Part shown: piece after piece, positions 18,892 to 27,571 of the stretch | Layout: each line of letters begins with the position of its first letter | How positions within the stretch are numbered: the first letter of the stretch is position 1 | From: an uncultured Erysipelotrichaceae bacterium | GTDB taxonomy: Bacteria; Bacillota_I; Bacilli_A; RFN20; CAG-826 | Assembly (NCBI GenBank): GCA_902763555.1 | Contig: CACWSI010000005.1 | Coordinates: 1 to 50,892 of the forward strand | DNA: 50,892 nt | Reading direction: 5' to 3' | Notes under the pieces: model-generated | What the model saw: the letters and a program-made list of their open reading frames with translations, nothing else | Database searches by the model: none | What the model was told of the DNA's origin: nothing | Made by a program: the position numbers and the translations under genes

Positions 18892-18984
18892 ATCTAACAC
18901 ATAATAAACAACTACAAAAAATAGAATAGTCATATTTATAAATAGGAAATAATGAAAAAATGTTTCCATATAGAGGTGCATAAC

Positions 18985-20226
18985 ATGAAAAAACAAGCAT
19001 TGTTCGTTTTGTTGCTTAGTTCGTTGATTTTGTCTGCCTGTAATAATTCTGTTACTCCATCTGAATCAAATAGATCAGAACCAAGTAGTGGTGAACAACA
19101 ACCAAGCAGCCAAAGCTCTGAACCATCAAGCCAATCTTCTTCACAGAGCAGTTCTTCATCCTATAGTGGTGAACCAAGTGGCGTTGCATTAGAGCTTACC
19201 GCTCCTGAAAATGATATCCATATTGATTTGCAGTATTCTTATCTAAAAGATCCAGATTGGAGAAATATTAAAGCATACATTCCAACCACAGGCGCTGATG
19301 GTGGTAATAAAGGTGATAAATCCGCTCCTAAAGCCTTATCATTTAAGTTTGAAGATGTTGCTGATGCTCAAACATATTACGTTCAAATTTCTAAAGACAA
19401 TACATTCGCTAACGCTGAAGTCCGCACAAGCACAAAGAAATCATACGATTTCATTAATGCTGAAGTTGGTACAAAATACTACTATAGAGCAGCCATTAGC
19501 CAAGATGCCTTAGCGACCGCAACAGTCAAAGAATATCAAGTCGCTGATACTGCTCCACGTAACTTAAAAGTTGGTGGCATGATTAACTTCCGTGACCAAG
19601 GTGGTTGGAAATCATCCCTTGTCCCAAATGGCGTTATCAAACAAGGCTTATATTATAGATGTGCTCAGTTCAACAGTATTACTTCTGAAGGCAAGAAAGT
19701 TATTAAAGAATTAGGCATCAAAGTGGATATCGATATGAGAGATAGACCTCCATCATCATCTCCAGCCTCTTCAACTGACTGGCCAGTCGAAATCATCGAC
19801 GCTCACGTTGCTTCTGGTACAGAAAATGTTCGTTGGGAAGGTTCTAATGGCATTGCCGCGACATATAAGAAAATCTTTGAAGCTATCGCCAAAGCCGATG
19901 AAAAACCAATTGCCTTACACTGCACACATGGTGCGGATAGAACTGGTATCACATCATTCTTCTTAATGGGTTTATTAGGCGCTAGCGAAGATGATATTGG
20001 TAGAGACTATGTCTTAACCAGATTCGCAGGTGAAAGAGCAGTTCCTCCTACTGGAAGTAGTAGTGAAATCGCTAAATGGTTTACAAAAACTAATGCCTTA
20101 GCCGGCGCTACATTTGCGGATAAGACCTATAAACACCTCAAAGATGACTTTGGTATTAGTGCGGATACTCTTGAAACAATTAGAGAAAAATTCGTTCCAG
20201 GTTATACAAGACCAGCGGGTAATTAA
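18985..20226 (+). CDS. Lipoprotein protein-tyrosine-phosphatase-like enzyme (PtpB/LipA family), paralog 1
   Basis: SD GAGGTG; lipobox ILSAC; INFRD, DIDMR and P-loop HCTHGADRTG. Confidence 0.85.
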   Translation: MKKQALFVLLLSSLILSACNNSVTPSESNRSEPSSGEQQPSSQSSEPSSQSSSQSSSSSYSGEPSGVALELTAPENDIHIDLQYSYLKDPDWRNIKAYIPTTGADGGNKGDKSAPKALSFKFEDVADAQTYYVQISKDNTFANAEVRTSTKKSYDFINAEVGTKYYYRAAISQDALATATVKEYQVADTAPRNLKVGGMINFRDQGGWKSSLVPNGVIKQGLYYRCAQFNSITSEGKKVIKELGIKVDIDMRDRPPSSSPASSTDWPVEIIDAHVASGTENVRWEGSNGIAATYKKIFEAIAKADEKPIALHCTHGADRTGITSFFLMGLLGASEDDIGRDYVLTRFAGERAVPPTGSSSEIAKWFTKTNALAGATFADKTYKHLKDDFGISADTLETIREKFVPGYTRPAGN

Positions 20227-20250
20227 TTCACTCGCAAGTAAGTCATATAA

Positions 20251-20272
20251 GACCAGGCTTAGCCTGGTTTTT
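20251..20272 (+). terminator. Intrinsic terminator
   Basis: ACCAGGC-TTA-GCCTGGT followed by a T run. Confidence 0.7.
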
Positions 20273-20373
20273 AATTACGTATCACACGATTACCACGCGC
20301 AAAAAATATAATAATCCTATTTTAATATTTGCTAGAATGTGAGAATATTAGAGCAAAGAGAGGATTTTTATAC

Positions 20374-21525
20374 ATGAAAAAACAAGCATTATTATTTTTA
20401 TTGCTCGGTTCTTTAGTGGCTACCGGATGTAATAATGGCAACAACAATCCATCAACATCCAAAGGTCCAGATGTTGAAGATCTTGGTGTCAAAGAAATTC
20501 ACACTGATTTAATGAAACAATACTTAGAAGACCCAGATTGGAAATCCATCAAGACATATGTGCCAAAGGTCAATGCTGAAGATAGTTCTTATCACAACGA
20601 TCAATCTCAACCAAATCCAATCGAATTAAAGTTTGACGAAGTTGAAGAAGCAGAAAAGTACGTTGTTCAAATCGCTAAGAACGTTGAATTCACTGACGCT
20701 AAATTAGTGGAAGCTGATACAAAAGCTTACAACTTCTACAATTCCGAAATTGGCCAAGAATACTATTACAGAGCCGCAGTTAGTGAAGAAGCCTTAGCCG
20801 CTGCTAAGATTTACAAATTCAAAGTCAACGATGTTGCTCCACGTTATTTACACATTGATGGTGTGATTAACTTCCGTGATAGTGGTGGTTGGAAGTCATC
20901 CTTAGTAGAAAATGGTGTCACCAAACAAGGTATGTATTACCGTTGCGCTCAATTCAACAGTATCACCGCTGAAGGTAAAGCCGCTATGAAGGAATTAGGT
21001 ATCAAATTAGATATCGATATGAGAGATAGACCTCCAGCAGCTTCCCCAGCCTCTTCTGAAGATTGGCAAATCGAAATCATGGACGCTCACGTTGCTTCCG
21101 GTACAGAAAACTATCGTTGGGAAGGTAAACAAGGTTCCAATACAGGTATTGCTCAAACATATAAGAAGATTTTCGAAGCTATCGCTGAAGCTGATGAAAA
21201 ACCAATCGCCTTACACTGCACACATGGTGCTGACCGTACAGGTATTGTTTCTTGGTTCTTATTAGGCTTATTAGGCGTTAGTAAAGAAGATTGCGCTAGA
21301 GACTATGTTATGACAAGATTCGCTGGTGAAAGAGCGGTCTTACCACAAGATGATTCTTCAGGTTCCAGTGAAATTGCTAAATGGAATCAAAAGACTGAAG
21401 CTTTAGAAGGCGATACATGGGCTGAAAAGACATATAAGCACTTGAACGAAGACTTCGGTATCGAAACCGACACACTCGAAACAATCAGAGAAAAATTCGT
21501 TGAAGGCTATCATAGAGCTGCCTAA
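20374..21525 (+). CDS. Lipoprotein protein-tyrosine-phosphatase-like enzyme, paralog 2
   Basis: SD GAGGA; lipobox VATGC; INFRD and HCTHGADRTG; colinear with paralog 1. Confidence 0.85.
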   Translation: MKKQALLFLLLGSLVATGCNNGNNNPSTSKGPDVEDLGVKEIHTDLMKQYLEDPDWKSIKTYVPKVNAEDSSYHNDQSQPNPIELKFDEVEEAEKYVVQIAKNVEFTDAKLVEADTKAYNFYNSEIGQEYYYRAAVSEEALAAAKIYKFKVNDVAPRYLHIDGVINFRDSGGWKSSLVENGVTKQGMYYRCAQFNSITAEGKAAMKELGIKLDIDMRDRPPAASPASSEDWQIEIMDAHVASGTENYRWEGKQGSNTGIAQTYKKIFEAIAEADEKPIALHCTHGADRTGIVSWFLLGLLGVSKEDCARDYVMTRFAGERAVLPQDDSSGSSEIAKWNQKTEALEGDTWAEKTYKHLNEDFGIETDTLETIREKFVEGYHRAA

Positions 21526-21543
21526 TTAAAAACAACTCAAAAT

Positions 21544-21575
21544 AAGCGGTGTTTCTTAGTAAACATCGCTTTTTC
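21544..21575 (+). terminator. Intrinsic terminator
   Basis: AAGCGGTGTTT-CTTAGT-AAACATCGCTT followed by a T run. Confidence 0.75.
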
Positions 21576-21803
21576 TTTGCTCTAAACAGGAGAAAATTGC
21601 GATTAGAAAATTTACTCTCACTTTGATAGTGATAATGTAAAAATGAAAGCGCAAAAAAGACTATTTTTTATACACTATGTGTATTTTTAAAAGTGCGCAA
21701 GTTAATGGCTAATAAATAGCATAATAGTATTGTAGTCAAAGTTGCTAAATGATAAGATAATGGCGGTTTAGAAAACAGCTTAGATAGGAGATCGCAATTG
21801 ACC

Positions 21804-22772
21804 ATGAAACAATTAGATGTCGAACTCATTCGCTACGAAAAACTTAAGCATGTTAAATTTTTAGTTAACCGCATTCAATTTAGAAAAGAACATATCCATA
21901 ACGAATTTGAGATTTTCATCGTTCTCAAAGGTAGTGGTATCGCTAAGATTAAGAATAAATCTTATTCCTTAAAAGAAGGCGATATCTTCTTAATCAACTC
22001 AGGCGAAGTGCACTCTTATATGAGAGATCCTTTATACACCCTTGATGTTGAAGATACAGATGATGTCCCATTGTTCTTATTCGTCCAAATCTCTAATCAC
22101 TGTTTGAGAGAATATTTCCCACAGATTAGAACAACAATTTTTAATTCTTGTAATCTAAGAGATTATTTAAGTGATGAAGAAGCTAATTCCATGATTAACT
22201 TACTCGTTCAATCCGCAAAGATTTACTTCATGGAAGAACCTTTATATCAATTAAATGTTCTTTCTAACATCGCTAAAGTCTTAGTGTCTTGCTATAAAGA
22301 AGTGCCACATGAAATCATTTCTGAAGCTCAAAAGACAAACTTAAAACAAAAGAATTTACGCGTTGAACGTATTATCTCTTATATCGACGCTAATTTTGAA
22401 ACACAAATCCGTTTACAAGATCTCGCAGAACAAGAAAATCTATCTCCAACTCACTTCTCTCATTTATTCACATCCCTATTTGGTGTTACTTTCCAAAACT
22501 ATGTGAACATTAAGAGAATGGAACAATGCATTCGTTTAATGCCTAATAAAGAAAAGACATTATTAGAAATCTCTTATGAATCAGGCTTCTCTGATCCTAA
22601 ATATATGAATAGAATGTTTATAAAACATTTCGGTTATACTCCTAAGGAATACCGTAAGAGACTCGGTATGGAGCAAAAAGAGATTAGCCAAATCACTAGA
22701 GAGTTTGAAACAATCTACTCCTTAAGTGAATCCATTGGAGCCTTAGAAGAATATCAAAAAAGTCATTCCTAG
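21804..22772 (+). CDS. AraC-family transcriptional regulator
   Basis: Cupin HIHNEFE...EVHS; C-terminal LQDLAE...SPTHFSHLF and ISYESGFSDPKY...FGYTPKEYR. Start is TTG 21798 or ATG 21804. Confidence 0.93.
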   Translation: MKQLDVELIRYEKLKHVKFLVNRIQFRKEHIHNEFEIFIVLKGSGIAKIKNKSYSLKEGDIFLINSGEVHSYMRDPLYTLDVEDTDDVPLFLFVQISNHCLREYFPQIRTTIFNSCNLRDYLSDEEANSMINLLVQSAKIYFMEEPLYQLNVLSNIAKVLVSCYKEVPHEIISEAQKTNLKQKNLRVERIISYIDANFETQIRLQDLAEQENLSPTHFSHLFTSLFGVTFQNYVNIKRMEQCIRLMPNKEKTLLEISYESGFSDPKYMNRMFIKHFGYTPKEYRKRLGMEQKEISQITREFETIYSLSESIGALEEYQKSHS

Positions 22773-22795
22773 CAGTAACAAGAAAATATCAAGAT

Positions 22796-22823
22796 AACAT
22801 CGATTTATAAATCGATGTTTTTC
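22796..22823 (+). terminator. Perfect 24-bp palindrome, probable terminator after araC
   Basis: AACATCGATTTATAAATCGATGTT followed by TTT. Confidence 0.6.
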
Positions 22824-22995
22824 ATTATTTTTAAAAGGTAATCACATATCTGTATACCACGCTACCGCACGATAGTCATACGCGCATACGTGTATAGTAG
22901 AGTTAAATATAAGAGGAAAAACAGCACAAATAATTCAATTCGAATATTTTTGCTCTTTTTATACGCGTTATAATGCGCAAGAAAGGAAAACATTT

Positions 22996-25989
22996 ATGGC
23001 AAAACCAAAATTATGGTTAGGTTTATCCACAATCGGTGTTGTCTTGACTGGTGTTTTACTTGCTGGAAGCGGCCTCGTTAATACTTATGAAGGCTTAGTT
23101 GTCCAAGCTCTTGGTTTAAACACCACTAAAGTTAGCAAAATCGATAGTGATGAAGTCCAAGGTTCTGCATATGCCGATAACAACGGCAACTTAACAGAAG
23201 AAGGCTTCTACAAGATGATCTCTGACTCTTATCAGTTTTGTGAACAATTGGTAGAACAAGGTTCCGTTTTACTTAAAAACAAAGTTAAAGACGGCAAACC
23301 AACTTTACCTTTAGCGAAAGAAGAAAGAAACATTTCTTTACTTGGCCAAGGCAGTAAAAACTTGTTTATGCGTTCTGGTGCAGGTGGCGCTGAACCTAAT
23401 GACGCTCTTGGTATAGTTGTTACTCTTGACAAGGCTTTCGAAAATGCTGGATTCGATATCAACAGAACAGTTTTTGACAAATACTCATCTCTTGATAAGA
23501 AACAAATGACCACCCCATCTCAAAAAGTTGAACACACATTCTCAGGTTTCTACACTGATGAAATGAAAGCATCCTTTGCTGAACACAATGATGCGGCTGT
23601 CATTACATTCGTTCGTATCGGTACAGAAAACACCGACCCACCAAAGGGCCAACTCGATTTAAACAACGACGAAAAAGAACTCTTGAAGATGGTTAAGAAT
23701 TCTGGAGTTTTCAAAAAAATCATTGTTTTAATTAACTCTCCAATGCCAATGTCTACTGATTGGGTTGACAATGAAGAATATGGTATTGACGCTTGTGTCT
23801 TCATCGGTTCACCTGGTTATTATGGCGCTGGTGGTGCAGTCCACGTTCTTACTGGTGAAGATGCTGATGGCAATCCTGTTAATCCTTCAGGCCACTGCCC
23901 AGATACATTTGCTGCTAGTGCCAGCTCATCACCTGCATATGTTAACTTCGGTGAAAGTGCTATGGCAGTCTATTGTGAAAACGTCTATGTCGGTTACAAG
24001 TATTATGAAAGCAGATACTATGACGCTGTTTTAGGACAAGGAAACGCTAATGGCGCTGCCGGCACATTTATTTCAAGCGGATCATGGGATTATGCAGAAG
24101 AAATGGGCTATCCATTCGGTTATGGCTTAAGCTATACAACATTTGAACAAAAAATTAAGGACGTTAAATACAATGCAACTACAGACACTTACGATGTCAA
24201 AGTTGAAGTGAAAAACACTGGTGCGTTAGATGGTAAATCCTCAGTGCAAGTGTATGTTAGTGCTCCTTATACCGATTTTGATAAAGAAAAAGGTTTAGAA
24301 AAATCAGCTATTGCTTTAATGGCTTATGAAAAAGTTGATGTTGAAGCAGGTAAAACTGTTGAAGTCACAATCCCTGTCGAAAAATATTTCCTTTGTACAT
24401 ATGACTACATTGAAAATAGATCATATATCTTAGAAGGTGGAGATTATTATTTCGCAATTGGTAACGGCGCACATGAGGCTGTTAACAATGTTTTAGGAGC
24501 TGTTGATCCAACAGTACAATTAGTCGACCATAATGGCGAAGCTTACAGTGCCAACGCAGATGCCGTTAAGAAAGTAACTATTAGTGAAGACTATGTCACT
24601 TACAAAAAATCTCACTATTCCGATGAAGTCGTTGAAAATCAATTCGACGATGCTGATTACAACTATATGGTTAATAAAAATGGTGGTACAAAAATCACTT
24701 ATTTAAGTAGACAAGATTGGGAAAGCACATGGCCAAAGAAAATCACATCAAATCCTGCAAAGAATGATGATAGCAACATGTCTCAATATTATAAAAAGAC
24801 AAGCGAAACACCTTCTTACAAGGATGGCGATGGCGTTGAATACAATGTCCCATATATGGAAAACGATGAAAAATCTACCATTGAATTTACTGAAATGCGT
24901 AATGTTCCATTAGAAGGCATTGTTGAAAAAGGTAGATTTGCAGGCCAAGAAGGTGCTGAAGTTTGGGATAAATTCATTAAGCAAATGAATCTTAATGATT
25001 TAGTTATCTCAGTTACTGATAACAGAGGTATCCTTGATGTTAGCAAAGTTAACAAGATGGGTAACTACGTTGCCGAAGGTCCTGAAGGCCTTTTAGCCAA
25101 ATTTAAATATGGTAAAGAAGTTAGAGCTGCTACTGGTTTCCCAACCGGCCCAGTTTACACAGGTACTTTTGACCACAAAATGCAAGAAAAATACGGTGGA
25201 TTCTTCGGAGAAGAAGCGTTATATTGCGGTGTTGCTTCTGTTAACGCACCAGGCGCGAATATTAATAGAACACCTTATGGTTCACGTGCTTCTGAATATA
25301 TGTCCGAAGATGGAATCTTGAATTACTACACAGCCAGTAACGTTGTTGGTGCTGCTAGAAAGAAAGGCTTAATCATGAATATTAAGCACTGTTTCTTAAA
25401 CAACCAAGAAACTGGTAGACAAAGAATTCATACATATTGTAACGAACAAGCAATTAGAGAAATCTACTTAAGACCATTTGAAGGTGCTCTTACAAGAGGC
25501 CATGGCTTAGGCATTATGACTTCCTATAATAGAATTGGTGCTAGATATGCTGCTTGTCATGAACCTTTAATGAAAAACGTTATGAGAGGCGAATGGGCAT
25601 ACAAAGGCTTAATTATCGATGACGCATTACCTGGTTCAAATAACGACAGCTATTCTAATGGTCCAGCAATGCTCCACTGCGGAACAGACTTGTTCTGCTT
25701 GGATGGCAATCGTGGCAGAGATTTAAAACAATGGGTCATAGATAACGACGATGGCACAATTTTAGCGGATTTACAAAGAGCAAATAAATACGTAATGTAT
25801 GCTTTGTCTAGATCTTGGATGGGTGGCGTCGATCAAGGCAATATGGGTGCTGCTGCTTGGCTTAATCCAACAATAAACGGCATCACTATTGGCGCTGGTG
25901 TTTTAACTCTTGCTGCATTTGGTATGTATGTGTTTGGTGAAATAACCACAAAATTCTTACCAAAGAAAAAGGAAGAAAAGGCAGAATAA
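22996..25989 (+). CDS. Membrane-anchored GH3 beta-glucosidase/xylosidase, inverted domain order
   Basis: VLLKN, NPSGH.PDT, YVGYKYYE, YPFGYGLSYTTF and Fn3-like region precede the barrel motifs (RTPYGSR..EYMSED, KH..LNNQE, REIYLRPFE, MTSYNR). Hydrophobic helices at both termini. Confidence 0.93.
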   Translation: MAKPKLWLGLSTIGVVLTGVLLAGSGLVNTYEGLVVQALGLNTTKVSKIDSDEVQGSAYADNNGNLTEEGFYKMISDSYQFCEQLVEQGSVLLKNKVKDGKPTLPLAKEERNISLLGQGSKNLFMRSGAGGAEPNDALGIVVTLDKAFENAGFDINRTVFDKYSSLDKKQMTTPSQKVEHTFSGFYTDEMKASFAEHNDAAVITFVRIGTENTDPPKGQLDLNNDEKELLKMVKNSGVFKKIIVLINSPMPMSTDWVDNEEYGIDACVFIGSPGYYGAGGAVHVLTGEDADGNPVNPSGHCPDTFAASASSSPAYVNFGESAMAVYCENVYVGYKYYESRYYDAVLGQGNANGAAGTFISSGSWDYAEEMGYPFGYGLSYTTFEQKIKDVKYNATTDTYDVKVEVKNTGALDGKSSVQVYVSAPYTDFDKEKGLEKSAIALMAYEKVDVEAGKTVEVTIPVEKYFLCTYDYIENRSYILEGGDYYFAIGNGAHEAVNNVLGAVDPTVQLVDHNGEAYSANADAVKKVTISEDYVTYKKSHYSDEVVENQFDDADYNYMVNKNGGTKITYLSRQDWESTWPKKITSNPAKNDDSNMSQYYKKTSETPSYKDGDGVEYNVPYMENDEKSTIEFTEMRNVPLEGIVEKGRFAGQEGAEVWDKFIKQMNLNDLVISVTDNRGILDVSKVNKMGNYVAEGPEGLLAKFKYGKEVRAATGFPTGPVYTGTFDHKMQEKYGGFFGEEALYCGVASVNAPGANINRTPYGSRASEYMSEDGILNYYTASNVVGAARKKGLIMNIKHCFLNNQETGRQRIHTYCNEQAIREIYLRPFEGALTRGHGLGIMTSYNRIGARYAACHEPLMKNVMRGEWAYKGLIIDDALPGSNNDSYSNGPAMLHCGTDLFCLDGNRGRDLKQWVIDNDDGTILADLQRANKYVMYALSRSWMGGVDQGNMGAAAWLNPTINGITIGAGVLTLAAFGMYVFGEITTKFLPKKKEEKAE

Positions 25990-26003
25990 GGAGGAATAAT
26001 ATA

Positions 26004-27374
26004 ATGGAAAGCATTAAAAAATTCTTAGCCAATAAATCAATTGGATATTACATTTCTGTCGGCATTGCTCTAATCAGCCTTGTCTTAGGTATTGTTTTCT
26101 TCGCCACAAGTAAAGGCACAGTGCCTAATAGTGCAGCGTCATATGTTACTCAATCAGTGGGTATCTTCTTGCTAGTGGGTGGCATTATTGAAGTCACATT
26201 CTTAGTTTTACCACAATACCGTTTCATCCATTTAATTACTACTTTTATGTATTGCTTATCTCTTGCAACAGAGCTATTGATTTTTGCTCCACTCGTTGCT
26301 GGTAAAGCAAACAACGTTGAATACGAAGGCGGAAATTTCAATTATCACTTATTCTATACAATTGCAATTGTTCTACTTCTTGCTATTTGTATCGCAGCTT
26401 CATTCGTAGGATTTTTCAAATCCGAAGATGGATTAGGTGAAGAGATGAAAATCTCTCCAAAAAATCCTTTAAAAATTGGTGTTGTTGCAGCATGTACTGT
26501 TATAATCATTGGCTCCATCGTTGGAGGTAAGATTATTGAAAACAATATTAGAAAGAGTCTCAATACAGCGGAAGTTGATAATGGAGAAACAGAGATTGAT
26601 TACTCCAAAGATCCACATATTACTGACGAAATGAAGGCAAAAGCAGCAGAATTAAATTATGAATTTAATCCTAAAGAAGTCATCATTAAAGAACAAGAAG
26701 AATATGATTATGATGATGCTGAATTAAAAGGTTTGAACACTAATGGTAAAAGAGATGGTGATCATCATTTAGTCTACTATTTCGAAGGTTCATACATCGA
26801 AGGTTATCAAGGCGACTACTCTCCTTCTTTCGCTAATATCTATCTTTGGGAAGATGGAATGTATGTTGGAAAAATTAAAGACACAACCATTAGAGGATAT
26901 TGGTACAACTCATCACTATTGAACACCGGTAAAGATGCTGAAGGCAAAGACATCAAAGATAAAGTTGTGTTAGTGTCAAACATTAGCAAATATGAATCCA
27001 TGATTTGCCGCGAATCTTCTGGCTTCTATGATTTATCATTATATGCGTTTATTGATATGGGCTGGGGCCAACGTTCAATGTCTCTTTATGGATATTATTA
27101 CTATCCAGATATCGCTACTTTCATCAAATATTCTGATGATGTAGAAGATTTCAAAGTTGGTGATACCCTAGATAAAGGTAAATTCTCAACTCAACACGTT
27201 TTAAGCAATTTCAAATATGGTGGTGTTTTCAAAGCATCAGAAGTTACTTGGACTTGGCCATCAGGCATGCTTGATAGCAATAACAAGTTTGTTGCTGCTG
27301 GCGAATTCGAACTTAAATCAAAATGGGGCGAATTCGAAGCGACCAAAACGATCGTTGTGAAAGACGCTCAATAA
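26004..27374 (+). CDS. Membrane protein (~5 TM) with aromatic-rich soluble C-terminal domain
   Basis: SD AGGAGG, 14 nt after the GH3 stop; hydrophobic N-terminal ~180 aa. Confidence 0.75.
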   Translation: MESIKKFLANKSIGYYISVGIALISLVLGIVFFATSKGTVPNSAASYVTQSVGIFLLVGGIIEVTFLVLPQYRFIHLITTFMYCLSLATELLIFAPLVAGKANNVEYEGGNFNYHLFYTIAIVLLLAICIAASFVGFFKSEDGLGEEMKISPKNPLKIGVVAACTVIIIGSIVGGKIIENNIRKSLNTAEVDNGETEIDYSKDPHITDEMKAKAAELNYEFNPKEVIIKEQEEYDYDDAELKGLNTNGKRDGDHHLVYYFEGSYIEGYQGDYSPSFANIYLWEDGMYVGKIKDTTIRGYWYNSSLLNTGKDAEGKDIKDKVVLVSNISKYESMICRESSGFYDLSLYAFIDMGWGQRSMSLYGYYYYPDIATFIKYSDDVEDFKVGDTLDKGKFSTQHVLSNFKYGGVFKASEVTWTWPSGMLDSNNKFVAAGEFELKSKWGEFEATKTIVVKDAQ

Positions 27375-27396
27375 AAATAACAAGATTATCAAACTG

Positions 27397-27431
27397 AAGG
27401 TGGCGAGTCCTTGTGGTACGCCACCTTTTTT
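27397..27431 (+). terminator. Intrinsic terminator
   Basis: AAGGTGGCG...CGCCACCTT followed by a T run. Confidence 0.8.
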
Positions 27432-27571
27432 AAAAGTCATTTACTTAAAAACTCTTAGATAATTGCAAAAACATTGAAATGTAACAACTGTATTATAGTA
27501 AGAGCTAAAAAATATTGTTGCAATCAATAAAAAATGATATTATATGATTGCTTGAAATAGGAGGAATAATA

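Noticed and set aside
23023-23031. Perfect DnaA box TTATCCACA
   Set aside because: Single copy inside the GH3 coding sequence; no cluster or dnaA nearby.
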